Origin: a virus | Direction: 5' to 3' (one strand) | Virus record (IMG/VR): IMGVR_UViG_3300044987_001050 | Location: 19,187 to 83,186 of that record | Length of the DNA: 64,000 nt | Shown: positions 52,865 to 61,328 of the stretch, piece by piece | How positions within the stretch are numbered: position 1 is the first letter of the stretch | Layout: every line of letters begins with the position of its first letter | Translations under genes and position numbers: made by a program | Notes under the pieces: model-generated | The model's input: only the letters and a program-made list of their open reading frames with translations | The model's database searches: none | Told to the model about the DNA's origin: nothing

Positions 52865-53197
52865 ATGATCAAACACCCGAACCGCACTGAAACCTACCTT
52901 GGCTCAATCACGAATGATTCTGCCGGGCTCGCCGAACTTGCACAAATCCGTGCCGAAAACAAAGTTCACAATGCGAACGAGCGCCTCCTGAAACTCAAGG
53001 ACCCCACTTACCGAAGCAAGCTCAAGCGAGTCGTTGCCTTCGGCCGCCTCGGCAAGAACAACCCGAATTCCGCCAAGTACAAAGTGGCCCGCAACCGCGG
53101 CTGGGGTTTCTGTTGCAGCAACTATCAATACATCGCCAAGGCCGATGCCGCCACGCTTGACATCTACATTCATACCGAATATCATTACGGTTTCTAA
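52865..53197 (+). CDS. early hypothetical protein, paralog A
   Basis: GRLGKNNPN motif shared with the next gene. Confidence 0.7.
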   Translation: MIKHPNRTETYLGSITNDSAGLAELAQIRAENKVHNANERLLKLKDPTYRSKLKRVVAFGRLGKNNPNSAKYKVARNRGWGFCCSNYQYIAKADAATLDIYIHTEYHYGF

Positions 53198-53234
53198 TCG
53201 GCGCCTAGCGTCAACCTGAACTGCATCCTTCATT

Positions 53235-53549
53235 ATGAACAAGCTCCCATCTATCCGCAGCCGCCGCCGTTCGTCATCTTACCTCGGCACAATCAACAAT
53301 GATGCAGCTGGTCTCCTCGAACTCAAAGAGGTTCGCGAATTGGTCAAGAAGAATAACAAACTTGAGCGCACGCTTTCAACGGGCCGACCAAACATCCAAA
53401 GAGTTCGCGCTTGCGGCCGCCTCGGCAAGAACAACCCAAATGCCGAGAAGTATAAGATTGCGAATAAGAGGTCGTGGCGGAATGCCTACTCTGACATCCT
53501 CAAGGATGATGCGGCGACGTTCGACTTGTACATCACCACCGTGTATTGA
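53235..53549 (+). CDS. early hypothetical protein, paralog B
   Basis: GRLGKNNPN, DAATFDLYI. Confidence 0.7.
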   Translation: MNKLPSIRSRRRSSSYLGTINNDAAGLLELKEVRELVKKNNKLERTLSTGRPNIQRVRACGRLGKNNPNAEKYKIANKRSWRNAYSDILKDDAATFDLYITTVY

Positions 53550-53551
53550 AT

Positions 53552-54133
53552 ATGCCTGAGATCCTTACTGACGTAGATGGAGTTCTGTTGAACTGGGAAG
53601 ACTCATTCCATTCATGGATGTCTTCCCAAGGATTTGACCGAAACGATGAGCCTGCTTATCAACTCGAAAAGTGTTATCCCAGGCTCAATCCTGACTTCGT
53701 TTACGACAAGATCAGAACATTCAATGCATCGGCCTGGATGGGTTATCTTGAGCCGTATGCCGATGCGCTTCATTGGGTGAAGCAACTTTACTACGCCGGG
53801 ATTACTTTCCACTGCATCACTAGCATGGGCACTGATTACTGTGCAGGCAAGTTGCGCGAAAGGAATCTCAAGGATCTGTTTGGTCCTGCAATTTCAGGCG
53901 TGACTATTCTCGATTGCGGCGCTCACAAGGGCGAGGCACTAGCACCTTACAAAGACTCAAATCGAATCTGGCTTGAAGATCACATCGGCAACGCCAACAC
54001 TGGCTCCGAACTAGGTCTCCGAACATTCCTCTTCAACCATTCATACAATCTCGTGAATCCTACCAGCAAACCAGAAAACTTCACGAGAGTTGACAATTGG
54101 GAGCAATTAGTTCCACACATCTTAAATAAATAA
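53552..54133 (+). CDS. HAD 5'(3')-deoxyribonucleotidase-like protein
   Basis: LTDVDGVL, CITS, WLEDH, H.YN. Confidence 0.8.
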   Translation: MPEILTDVDGVLLNWEDSFHSWMSSQGFDRNDEPAYQLEKCYPRLNPDFVYDKIRTFNASAWMGYLEPYADALHWVKQLYYAGITFHCITSMGTDYCAGKLRERNLKDLFGPAISGVTILDCGAHKGEALAPYKDSNRIWLEDHIGNANTGSELGLRTFLFNHSYNLVNPTSKPENFTRVDNWEQLVPHILNK

Positions 54134-54139
54134 CACAAA

Positions 54140-54224
54140 GCGCACGTGGCGGAATTGGTAGACGCCGCGTCTTTAAACGGCGCCGCCCTCGGGCGTGCAG
54201 GTTCGAGTCCTGTCGTGCGTACCA
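54140..54224 (+). tRNA. tRNA-Leu(TAA)
   Basis: Cloverleaf; GCGTC-TTTAAAC-GGCGC; long V arm; CCA. Confidence 0.9.
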
Positions 54225-54236
54225 CTTTACTTTATC

Positions 54237-54830
54237 ATGACACCTGTAAAACCAAACAAGAAGACGACTCTAGTCCTCACGGCATCATTCCAAGCAATTG
54301 GATTCTTCAATGCCCGCTCCGCGATCCGCACCTTGATAGGTGGGACAGTCCGTGGTGTTGATGCCGAGGGCAATATCTATGATTGGAAAACATGGAATGA
54401 GCGTGCCGACTTTGCCGACGACACACCGTCGTTGCGAACGACCAAGACGGAATATCCTGTGCCTACGATCGTCGTGATCCCAGGCTACTTTGGCAACTTC
54501 AAGGAAATGAAGAAGCAACACACTCGCGTGTCGAGCCTGCGTCAAATCTTCAACCTCTACGGCGGTGTATGTCAATACTGTCACAAGGACATCAAGTTCA
54601 GTTTAGCAACTAAGGACCACTTGCTCCCTAAGTCGAAGGGTGGCGCTGACTATGACCAGAACATCGTTCTCGCTTGTAAGAAGTGCAACAACAAGAAGGC
54701 TTCGAAGTTTCCGTTCTACGACATTAAGGGATCGGAGGTAAAGCCTAAGATCCTGGACACCGTGGAGTTCATTGTTGCCGCAGACCGTTTGACGATGCGC
54801 CCTGAATGGGAAAGCTTCATGAAGGTATAA
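54237..54830 (+). CDS. HNH endonuclease
   Basis: CQYC, TKDHLLPKSKGG, N.V.ACKKCN..K. Confidence 0.88.
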   Translation: MTPVKPNKKTTLVLTASFQAIGFFNARSAIRTLIGGTVRGVDAEGNIYDWKTWNERADFADDTPSLRTTKTEYPVPTIVVIPGYFGNFKEMKKQHTRVSSLRQIFNLYGGVCQYCHKDIKFSLATKDHLLPKSKGGADYDQNIVLACKKCNNKKASKFPFYDIKGSEVKPKILDTVEFIVAADRLTMRPEWESFMKV

Positions 54831-54838
54831 ATAGAAGT

Positions 54839-55087
54839 ATGGACACTAAGAAACCAAATCTTGCCGTTGCTATTCGAGCAGTGCTCTCCGAATCAACCGC
54901 AGTTAAGCCTGTGGCTGACGTTCTCCGAGAGGACTATATTGAGTCAATGGGCCCTGACTTTGATTCCGGCATTGACAAGATTGTCGCTGCGTGGACAAAG
55001 TGGAAGAAGGGACCTATGACTGAGCATGAAGACATTGCTCCAGCCAAGGCTGAGATTCTATCTTACCTCAAAGGAAAACTCAAGTAA
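54839..55087 (+). CDS. late small protein
   Basis: TATAAATA at 54826-54833, ATG 5 nt downstream. Confidence 0.6.
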   Translation: MDTKKPNLAVAIRAVLSESTAVKPVADVLREDYIESMGPDFDSGIDKIVAAWTKWKKGPMTEHEDIAPAKAEILSYLKGKLK

Positions 55088-56076
55088 TGCCTAACATCAA
55101 CGAAGAACTTAGTGCAGCTGACGCAGCTGCTGTAACAAAGGTGATGTTGTCTATGCACGCATCTTATGGCGAGATCAACACGGTCCGCGACAAGATGAAC
55201 AAAGGCGACGTTGTCGCAGGTCTGTTACTCGACATCATGACCAAGATCGCGAGAAACACTTCGTTGTTCAATGCATTTGTTGCTGAATACAAGAAGAACG
55301 AGTCTGTCGAAGAACATGACATTACCCCAACACGATCCGCTGTCGAAGGTTTAACTGAAGCGGTCAAGATGACGAACGGCGTCAAGTGGGAACTTGCTCC
55401 TGAAAAGGAACGCCTTCGCGGAGATTACTACGTCACGTATGATGTTCGCACGAAGAAGATGGTCGCGTATGGTCTCACCTTAAAGGGAGCTGACCGTATC
55501 GCAGCAACCGACAAAGCTAATCTCAAGTCTGCTTCAGCAAATCACTTCGCGGATAACATCATGAATAAGGGTGTGACTGAAGCCGTTCTTACCGAAGAAA
55601 ACTCAGCTAAACTGATTAACGACATTGCGTCACTCAAGCGAATCGGCTGGAATCTTGATCGCGTCACAAAGCATCTGATCACCTCGAAAGAGTACGGCAT
55701 TCAGATGACGTCGGACATAATCAAGAACATCTTTTCGCCTTCATTGAATAACGGCTCCAAGATGAAGCCTGTTAAAGTTCCAAAGGATCCTTCTGGCTGG
55801 GGAACTGGCAAGAAGAAGAGCTGGCCTAAAGATCCTCCTGCATCGCGTCTTAACGATCCTCAGCACGCCGAGGGTTACATCAGCCAAGTGATTGACTCAG
55901 GTGAATCTCCTGACATCACAGGCTCGGAGATGTATTCGATTCTTGACCAAGCTGGATACACTCGCCCAACGATCATGTGGGTTGTTCGCAACTTTGGTAT
56001 GGAAGGCGACCTTTCCAAGTCTCAATTGGGAACATCCGCTCCTATGGCTAAGAAGGCTCCAAAGAAAGTAATGTAA
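55087..56076 (+). CDS. modular late protein, putative virion internal protein
   Basis: INE/LTE sites between modules; late operon. Confidence 0.55.
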   Translation: MPNINEELSAADAAAVTKVMLSMHASYGEINTVRDKMNKGDVVAGLLLDIMTKIARNTSLFNAFVAEYKKNESVEEHDITPTRSAVEGLTEAVKMTNGVKWELAPEKERLRGDYYVTYDVRTKKMVAYGLTLKGADRIAATDKANLKSASANHFADNIMNKGVTEAVLTEENSAKLINDIASLKRIGWNLDRVTKHLITSKEYGIQMTSDIIKNIFSPSLNNGSKMKPVKVPKDPSGWGTGKKKSWPKDPPASRLNDPQHAEGYISQVIDSGESPDITGSEMYSILDQAGYTRPTIMWVVRNFGMEGDLSKSQLGTSAPMAKKAPKKVM

Positions 56077-56740
56077 CATGGCAAGAACCCATTTAACAGA
56101 AGCGGCCAAAACGATCCTAGCTGAAGCATCTGCAAACGACAAGAAGTTCGCGGCTGTTATGGAGCTCGTCCGAAATGTAACCGATCCTGTTCCTCTTACC
56201 AAGTTCAAGATCTCGAAAGGTGTCGGCGGCTACTTCATATCTGACGGCGACGGCAACACCTGGAAAATTCTTGGTGAAAAAAGTTGAAATAATCTCCTCT
56301 TAAGTACTCTCTCTGTATAAATAAATTCACAAGATGAAACACGAACATTCATATAAGCCATCAGATTCGCCGCAAGCGATTCTACGTGCTTGGGTGAATT
56401 TCAGACTAACATTTTCTGGATGATGCATTTCTAACCTCTCTTCTTCGGTCTTGAAATGCATGCTCCTAACAAAGCATGCATTTCAAGTTTACAACCTAAC
56501 ACAAACCTGATACAATATTTCTGTAACGATTGGTGTTGCCACAATCTCAATCGTTTCCTTTTCAAGCAAGGCTTGGATCGTATCTGTTCATTACACTCCT
56601 CTGTCAAAGTTTTCTCATCCGGTCTGAAAAGAGCCTAAGGGAACGCGAAACTGACTCACAGCGCTTCGGCCTGAGTCAACGCTAGCGGGCGAATCCCAGT
56701 TGACCCGAGAAAAATAAAATTCATTTGTAGCACAAAGTTA

Positions 56741-56769
56741 TTTACAAGTGCGAGAAACTTTGATAGAAT
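56741..56769 (+). promoter_or_regulatory. promoter driving the tRNA array
   Basis: TTTACA-17-TAGAAT. Confidence 0.75.
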
Positions 56770-57008
56770 TTGCTGAGGCGATTGATTGAGCGAGTTGCAA
56801 AACTGCTCGGTTATTCTTCCTCCCTCGAAGTGAATATGCTTCGTTGAATCCGTTCTTTGACAATCGAAAACAAAACCAACTGAGGGGAACATGTGTTCAG
56901 TTAGAGCCGCTCCTTCAGGAGTAGAGTTCCACTAATCCCCTCGGTTTCTTTCCGAGATCACGAAAGTGCTGGCTAACAACCCGCGGCGAGTAACTGATCT
57001 CAAACACT

Positions 57009-57080
57009 TTGGCGTTGGTCTAAATTCTAACGACATCAGGTTTCCAACCTGAAGATCCGGAATCGCTCCGGCCGCCAACA
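57009..57080 (+). ncRNA. degenerate tRNA-Gly(TCC)-like RNA
   Basis: TCAGG-TTTCCAA-CCTGA; T arm CCGGA-ATCGC-TCCGG with 5-nt loop. Confidence 0.55.
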
Positions 57081-57270
57081 CTTTAAGGTGACCGCCCTGT
57101 CGTAAGAGTCTGTAGCTCGAAGAGACAAGCTAATCATAATTGCACAGCTGGGTTCGTGCAGCCATTTTTGATGATAGGAAGACCCCAGGATGTCACTAAG
57201 ACTGGCATAGTAAGGAAACCGAATCTGGTATGTGCTCATCAAAATAAGTTAAACATGCCGCGCTTTCAAT

Positions 57271-57365
57271 AGGTTGGTGGAAACAAATTCACAAAGCCAA
57301 GTGGTATGGCATCGGTTCCGATCAAACCGATTTCTTCGAGGGTTCGATTCCCTCTCAGCCTTTCA
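57271..57365 (+). ncRNA. tRNA-like RNA (GAT loop) with ~16-nt insertion between acceptor and D arm
   Basis: AGGTTGG/TCAGCCT acceptor; GCC-AAGTGGTAT-GGC; GAGGG-TTCGATT-CCCTC. Confidence 0.55.
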
Positions 57366-57371
57366 TTTTCA

Positions 57372-57464
57372 GATATGATTAAAGAGCGGTGACTAATTCC
57401 GCGCCTGTCCACTATGCGTAACTCGCGGACTTGTTAGTGTAACGGTAAGCACGTGATCATGTTC
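57372..57464 (+). ncRNA. circularly permuted tRNA-like RNA (YrlA-like topology)
   Basis: Order T arm, closed acceptor, D arm; ends pair as the anticodon stem. Confidence 0.5.
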
Positions 57465-57474
57465 ATTTTCATAA

Positions 57475-57551
57475 CGGGATGTAGCTCAGCTTGGTAGAGC
57501 GCTGCGTTTGGGACGCAGATGCCGTCGGTTCGAATCCGGCTATCCCGACCA
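57475..57551 (+). tRNA. tRNA-Pro(TGG)
   Basis: Canonical cloverleaf, CCA. Confidence 0.95.
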
Positions 57552-57649
57552 CTTTCACGACGAGCTTGTAGTCATGACCAAGCGATGGTTCATAAGTAAA
57601 GCTTTTACGAAAAGCCGTTCGATTCGGCAGTCGAGAAACCCTTTCATAT

Positions 57650-57735
57650 GCGTGTGTTGATCTAGCGGCGAAGACGGAAGATTGTAAACCTTCCCCTTAA
57701 ACGGCACGTGGGTTCGAGTCCCACCGCACGCACCA
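57650..57735 (+). tRNA. tRNA-Tyr(GTA)
   Basis: TTGTAAA loop, V arm, CCA. Confidence 0.85.
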
Positions 57736-57745
57736 CTTTCTAAAT

Positions 57746-57834
57746 TCTCTTGTAGCTCAATGGCAGAGCGGTTGATTGTTAATCAGCAGGCCCTTAAAAG
57801 GTAAATGTAGGTTCGAGCCCTACCAGGAGACCCA
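57746..57834 (+). tRNA. tRNA-Asn(GTT) with long variable arm
   Basis: GTTGA-TTGTTAA-TCAGC; V region AGGCCCTTAAAAGGTAAAT; C discriminator. Confidence 0.8.
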
Positions 57835-57842
57835 CTTTCAAT

Positions 57843-57916
57843 GCTGCTATCGTCTAAGGGTAGGACGCCTGACTTTCAATCAGCAAATCGGAGTTCAACT
57901 CTCCGTAGCAGTACCA
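57843..57916 (+). tRNA. tRNA-Glu(TTC)
   Basis: CTTTCAA loop, CCA. Confidence 0.88.
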
Positions 57917-57924
57917 CTTTCAAA

Positions 57925-57999
57925 TGGATTGTAGCTCAGAGGCAGAGCACCCGCCCGATAAGCGGTAGGTCGAGATTTCGAAATTCTCCAGTCCAACCA
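57925..57999 (+). tRNA. tRNA-Ile(GAT)
   Basis: CCGATAA loop (C33), CCA. Confidence 0.85.
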
Positions 58000-58001
58000 T
58001 T

Positions 58002-58076
58002 TTACGTATCGTCTAAATCATAAAGATGCCCGACCATGAATCGGGAGATGCGAGACATTGAAGCTCGCTACGCAAT
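58002..58076 (+). ncRNA. tRNA-like RNA with ATG loop and aberrant T loop
   Basis: CCCGA-CCATGAA-TCGGG; GCGAG-ACATTGAAG-CTCGC. Confidence 0.5.
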
Positions 58077-58078
58077 CC

Positions 58079-58138
58079 GCACCCCGCGCATACCCGGCCG
58101 GGACCAAGAGTCATGATCTTGATGTAGGGGTGCAACCA
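58079..58138 (+). ncRNA. T-armless tRNA-like RNA (CAT loop)
   Basis: GCACCCC/GGGGTGC acceptor; CAAGA-GTCATGA-TCTTG; ends ACCA. Confidence 0.55.
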
Positions 58139-58152
58139 CTTTCTGAAACAGA

Positions 58153-58229
58153 CGGGGCAAAACATTGCTGGTTGATGTACTAGGCTCTTAACCTTGAGAA
58201 CTCGGTTCGATTCCTGAGTGCCCCGACCA
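58153..58229 (+). tRNA. tRNA-Lys(CTT)
   Basis: CTCTTAA loop; bulged T stem; CCA. Confidence 0.8.
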
Positions 58230-58236
58230 TTTCAAA

Positions 58237-58311
58237 TCCTGTGTAGCTCAGCGGCAGAGCGGGTGACTGTTAATCACTAGGTCCTTGGTTCGATCCCAAG
58301 TTCAGGAGCCA
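58237..58311 (+). tRNA. tRNA-Asn(GTT)
   Basis: Canonical, GCCA end. Confidence 0.93.
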
Positions 58312-58332
58312 CTTTCAAAATCATTCATCAAC

Positions 58333-58407
58333 GCTCACGTGGGGGAATGGCTACTCGGCAGATTGCAACCCTGTCCTATGTCGGTTCGAGTCCGGCCGTG
58401 AGCTCCA
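58333..58407 (+). tRNA. tRNA-Cys(GCA)
   Basis: TTGCAAC loop, TCCA end. Confidence 0.85.
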
Positions 58408-58416
58408 ATTTTATTT

Positions 58417-58492
58417 CCGAGGGTAGCCTAATCGGTTAAGGCCCTGCACTGTGAATGCAGCTATTCGGGTTCGATTCCCGGCCCGCGGACCA
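58417..58492 (+). tRNA. tRNA-His(GTG)
   Basis: CTGCA-CTGTGAA-TGCAG; A73 rather than C73. Confidence 0.88.
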
Positions 58493-58508
58493 TTTTCTTT
58501 TAACATAT

Positions 58509-58592
58509 GCGCGGCTGGTGGAATGGTATACACGGCAGTTTTAGAAGCTGTTGCCTTCGGGCTTGGGGGTTCGAGTCCCCCGTCGCGCACCA
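58509..58592 (+). tRNA. tRNA-Leu(TAG)
   Basis: TTTAGAA loop, V arm, CCA. Confidence 0.92.
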
Positions 58593-58602
58593 CTTTCATA
58601 AT

Positions 58603-58690
58603 GCTGCAGTAGGGTAATGGTAGCCCCCCAGAATTTCACTCTGGCCGATCGCAAGATCTCGTGCGGGTTCGACTCCCGTCTGCAGTTCCA
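58603..58690 (+). tRNA. tRNA-Glu(TTC) with long variable arm
   Basis: CCAGA-ATTTCAC-TCTGG; V arm GATC-GCAA-GATC. Confidence 0.78.
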
Positions 58691-58702
58691 CTTTCATTCA
58701 AT

Positions 58703-58779
58703 CGCGGGGAGGACAAGACGGTTAGTCGGCAGTCTCATAAGCTGCAATCTGGGAGATTCGAGCGCTCCACCCGCAACCA
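58703..58779 (+). tRNA. tRNA-Met(CAT), initiator-like
   Basis: C1:A72 mismatch; CTCATAA loop; atypical T loop. Confidence 0.75.
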
Positions 58780-58792
58780 CTTTCAAACATAA

Positions 58793-58867
58793 GCCTCTAT
58801 CGTTTAATGGATAGGACTCTCGCCTTCTAAGCGACTAACGTAGGTTCGATTCCTACTGGAGGCACCA
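58793..58867 (+). tRNA. tRNA-Arg(TCT)
   Basis: CTTCTAA loop, CCA. Confidence 0.9.
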
Positions 58868-58882
58868 CTTTCAAATTTTCAT

Positions 58883-58958
<76 letters not shown>

Positions 58959-58968
58959 CTTTCATAAT

Positions 58969-59101
58969 GCCGGATTAGTTTAATGGGAAAACGGTACACG
59001 ATGGCTAGCTCTCACCTAGTAAAGGAGCAAGATTGAGTAGGCCTCAAAATCTGCCATCTCGATGTAACAACGCGGAGGTTCGATTCCTTCATTCGGTTTC
59101 A
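58969..59101 (+). ncRNA. tRNA-like RNA with ~60-nt branched domain replacing the anticodon loop
   Basis: GCCGGAT/ATTCGGT acceptor, D arm, TTCGATT T arm; insert closed by GATGGC/GCCATC. Confidence 0.65.
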
Positions 59102-59114
59102 TATTTTCAAATAA

Positions 59115-59189
59115 GGAGCATTCGTATAATGGTCATTACGACCGCCTGTCGAGCGGTATACACGGGTTCAATTCCCGTATGCTCCGCCA
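59115..59189 (+). tRNA. tRNA-Asp(GTC)
   Basis: ACCGC-CTGTCGA-GCGGT, GCCA. Confidence 0.9.
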
Positions 59190-59197
59190 ATTTCAAT

Positions 59198-59275
59198 TGC
59201 GGATAGGACAAGATGGTTAGTCGCCACCCTCATAAGGTGGATCTCTGTGGGATTCGAGCGCCCAGTCCGCAACCA
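59198..59275 (+). tRNA. tRNA-Met(CAT), paralog of 58703
   Basis: CCACC-CTCATAA-GGTGG; same D and T loops as 58703. Confidence 0.75.
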
Positions 59276-59285
59276 CTTTCATAAA

Positions 59286-59345
59286 TGATAGAGCGTCTGC
59301 TTTGCAAGCAGAATGTAGATGGTCCGAATCCGTTAATCTCTATCA
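59286..59345 (+). ncRNA. D-armless tRNA-Ala(TGC)-like RNA
   Basis: TGATAGAG/CTCTATCA terminal stem; anticodon arm identical to tRNA-Ala 58883. Confidence 0.55.
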
Positions 59346-59361
59346 CTTTCTAAACATAGAT

Positions 59362-59437
59362 GGGCTCGCATGTACCTCGGGGGCGAGAAACACTTGCAAT
59401 GTATCTGTGGCCGGTTCGATCCCGGTCGGGTCCACCA
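59362..59437 (+). tRNA. tRNA-Ala(TGC), atypical D arm
   Basis: G3:U70; CTTGCAA loop; CCA. Confidence 0.75.
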
Positions 59438-59448
59438 ATTTCAACAGT

Positions 59449-59886
59449 ATGGCACTAAGTCAACGATATCACAAGACAGGAAGAACCAAGCGAACAGTTC
59501 AATGCGCTCATTGCAGCAAAGACACTCACAATGGCAAATTCTGCTCGACTGATTGCTCGTTCAGATTCAAAGAGGCTTCATTGCTAAAGAGAATCTTAGA
59601 TGATTCAATTGTAGGCACGGTTGCTCTTAAGCGATATGTGTTATCGCTGAATCCTAAATGTTCTCTGTGCCCATGCACCGACGAGTGGAACGGATTGAAA
59701 CTCGTTCTTCATTTGGATCACATAGATGGCGATAGTGACAACGATAGACTTTCAAATGTTCGTCTGTTATGTCCTAACTGTCATTCACAGACGGAAACAT
59801 ACTGCTCGAGAAATAAAACTAATCCAAACTCGAAGAGATCAAAACGTCTCCGACGAGCACCATCAAGGTGCAAACAAATTTCATAA
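59449..59886 (+). mobile_element. HNH homing endonuclease inside the tRNA array
   Basis: CSLC, LHLDHIDGD..N....N.RLLCPNCHSQT. Confidence 0.88.
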
Positions 59887-59887
59887 T

Positions 59888-59962
59888 GCGCGCGTAGCTC
59901 AGAGGTAGAGCAAGTTCCTTACAAGAACGAGGCCGAGATTTCAAAATTCTCCGTGCGTACCA
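59888..59962 (+). tRNA. tRNA-Val(TAC)
   Basis: CTTACAA loop, CCA. Confidence 0.87.
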
Positions 59963-60005
59963 TTTTCAGGAGGGCCCGAGTCCATGTCTCCTCCGCAATT
60001 AACAT

Positions 60006-60080
60006 GCCACCGTAGCTCAGAGGCAGAGCGACCGTTTCATAAGCGGTAGGCCGGGATATCATGATTCCCCGGTGGCACCA
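60006..60080 (+). tRNA. tRNA-Met/Ile2(CAT)
   Basis: ACCGT-TTCATAA-GCGGT; T loop ATCATGA. Confidence 0.78.
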
Positions 60081-60120
60081 ATTTTCATTCTTCGAGATCG
60101 CTTGCAGGCATCTCGGACAA

Positions 60121-60249
60121 GCGCGCGAACATATCAGACCGATGAGCTGCAACTCGTCAAGATGGTATGATGGCGGTCGACTAGAGGATAAGTCACGGGC
60201 TCTATAGTCTGGACGCGGGTTCGAATCCCGCTTGCTGTATGTCGCGCGC
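60121..60249 (+). ncRNA. structured RNA with canonical T arm and long terminal stem
   Basis: GCGCGCGA.CATA.CAG/CTG.TATGTCGCGCGC; GCGGG-TTCGAAT-CCCGC. Confidence 0.55.
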
Positions 60250-60262
60250 AAGTTTTTCAAAC

Positions 60263-60336
60263 AGGTGGGTCGTTCAATGGTAGGACCTTGGATTCCAAAC
60301 CCAAAGACTAGAGTTCGATTCTCTATCCACCTGCCA
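60263..60336 (+). tRNA. tRNA-Trp(CCA)
   Basis: TTCCAAA loop, GCCA. Confidence 0.9.
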
Positions 60337-60353
60337 CTTTAATAAATACATGC

Positions 60354-60545
60354 ATGAAGACATTCCTTGAGTTCATTGAAAAATCGCCTAAGCTCGGTGA
60401 TACGATTACATGGGCAGCTGGCGAAAGACGATTGAGCGGTAAGGTGATTCGAGGCATGGATGGCCAAAAGCTAGTCGTTAAACATCCTACTGCTTATGGA
60501 CAAGAGATTCCGATCTCGTCATTGCGCGGAATCAAGATAAGCTAA
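60354..60545 (+). CDS. small late protein with capsid-targeting-like N-terminus
   Basis: MKTFLEFIE; AATAAATA upstream. Confidence 0.65.
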   Translation: MKTFLEFIEKSPKLGDTITWAAGERRLSGKVIRGMDGQKLVVKHPTAYGQEIPISSLRGIKIS

Positions 60546-60556
60546 CTACTTTCTTG

Positions 60557-60585
60557 TTTACATTTTCTCTTGACTGTTGTAGAAT
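60557..60585 (+). promoter_or_regulatory. internal promoter of the tRNA array
   Basis: TTTACA-17-TAGAAT. Confidence 0.75.
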
Positions 60586-60670
60586 AACACATGCTGATTG
60601 AGCGTTGCCCGAACAACCGGACAACTTAAATAACCGCTAATGAGGTGGCCAATCAACATATCATCTTTTA

Positions 60671-60757
60671 GCTGTGGTCGCTTAGTGGTCGATAGCACCG
60701 GTTTTGTAAGCCGGATGGGCAACCTCGCCGTGAGTTCGAATCTCACTCACAGCTCCA
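60671..60757 (+). tRNA. tRNA-Thr(TGT) with long variable arm
   Basis: CCGGT-TTTGTAA-GCCGG; V arm GG-GCAA-CC. Confidence 0.8.
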
Positions 60758-60764
60758 TTTTCTT

Positions 60765-60890
60765 TTCATGATAGCAAATCGGTAAAGCGGTTGGATAGTA
60801 GCCTATTACACATGGCCAAACCTGACGATGAATCACGAGTGGTGCTCGGAAGATTCAAACAATGATGGACTCAAACCCATCTCATGAAAA
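60765..60890 (+). ncRNA. expanded tRNA-like RNA
   Basis: TTCATGA/TCATGAA acceptor, D-loop AAATCGGTAAA, extended arms, GATGG/CCATC T stem. Confidence 0.5.
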
Positions 60891-60901
60891 ACATTTTCCA
60901 T

Positions 60902-60999
60902 CGGGGCGTTAACATAGCTTGGCAATGTGGGCGACTTGGAATCGCTTGAGGGCAGAAAGAGTCTGTCTTCCGTGGGTTCGAATCCCACCGTCCCGACCA
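60902..60999 (+). tRNA. tRNA-Pro(TGG) with long variable arm
   Basis: GGCGA-CTTGGAA-TCGCT; V arm GGGCAGA-AAGAG-TCTGTCT. Confidence 0.8.
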
Positions 61000-61004
61000 A
61001 TTTC

Positions 61005-61080
61005 GTTGATGTATCGTCTAAGTGTAAGGACACTCGCTCTCCAGCTTGAAATACGGGCTTTTTCAATCCGTTGCATCAAC
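61005..61080 (+). ncRNA. degenerate tRNA-like RNA with 9-bp terminal stem
   Basis: GTTGATGTA/TGCATCAAC; D arm GTCT-AAGTGTA-AGGAC. Confidence 0.45.
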
Positions 61081-61133
61081 TCGTTTTGCTTAATGTGGGA
61101 TTTCGCCACACCTATTCCCTAGGCGCACACTGT

Positions 61134-61227
61134 GGAAGGCTGGCAGAGTCTGGTCTATCGCGTCTGTCTCGAAAACAGATGGTCTGTGAAAGCAGACCCG
61201 TGGGTTCAAATCCCACGCCTTCCTCCA
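61134..61227 (+). tRNA. tRNA-Ser(CGA)
   Basis: TCTGT-CTCGAAA-ACAGA, V arm. Confidence 0.9.
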
Positions 61228-61328
61228 TTTCAAAGATGAATTCGATTAACAGAAGGTCTGTTGAATCACAGCATGAGTCGAGAATTCAACCGGTGCTCGT
61301 TCACCGTTCATGCAAACGAGATTTTCAT

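Noticed and set aside
54140-54224. Possible ochre suppressor tRNA (TTA)
   Set aside because: Stem register GCGTC/GGCGC places TAA (Leu) at positions 34-36; the TTA register does not pair
480-56208. Numerous minus-strand ORFs of 60-180 aa
   Set aside because: Antisense shadows of + strand genes with no recognisable motifs, except 17813-18415
58603-58690. Possible tRNA-Sec (TCA) because of the long V arm
   Set aside because: The perfect 5-bp stem centres TTC; 7/5 fold with no long D stem
58793-58867. Possible amber suppressor (CTA in loop)
   Set aside because: Pairing gives loop CTTCTAA, anticodon TCT (Arg)
60121-60249. tmRNA (GGACGCGGGTTCGAATCCCGC 3'-like motif)
   Set aside because: Too short, no GGGG 5' end, no G3:U70, no CCA, no tag ORF
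60591-60660. Hammerhead or pistol ribozyme call
   Set aside because: CTAATGAG and TTAAATA resemble core fragments, but the GAAA and pseudoknot partners are not evident
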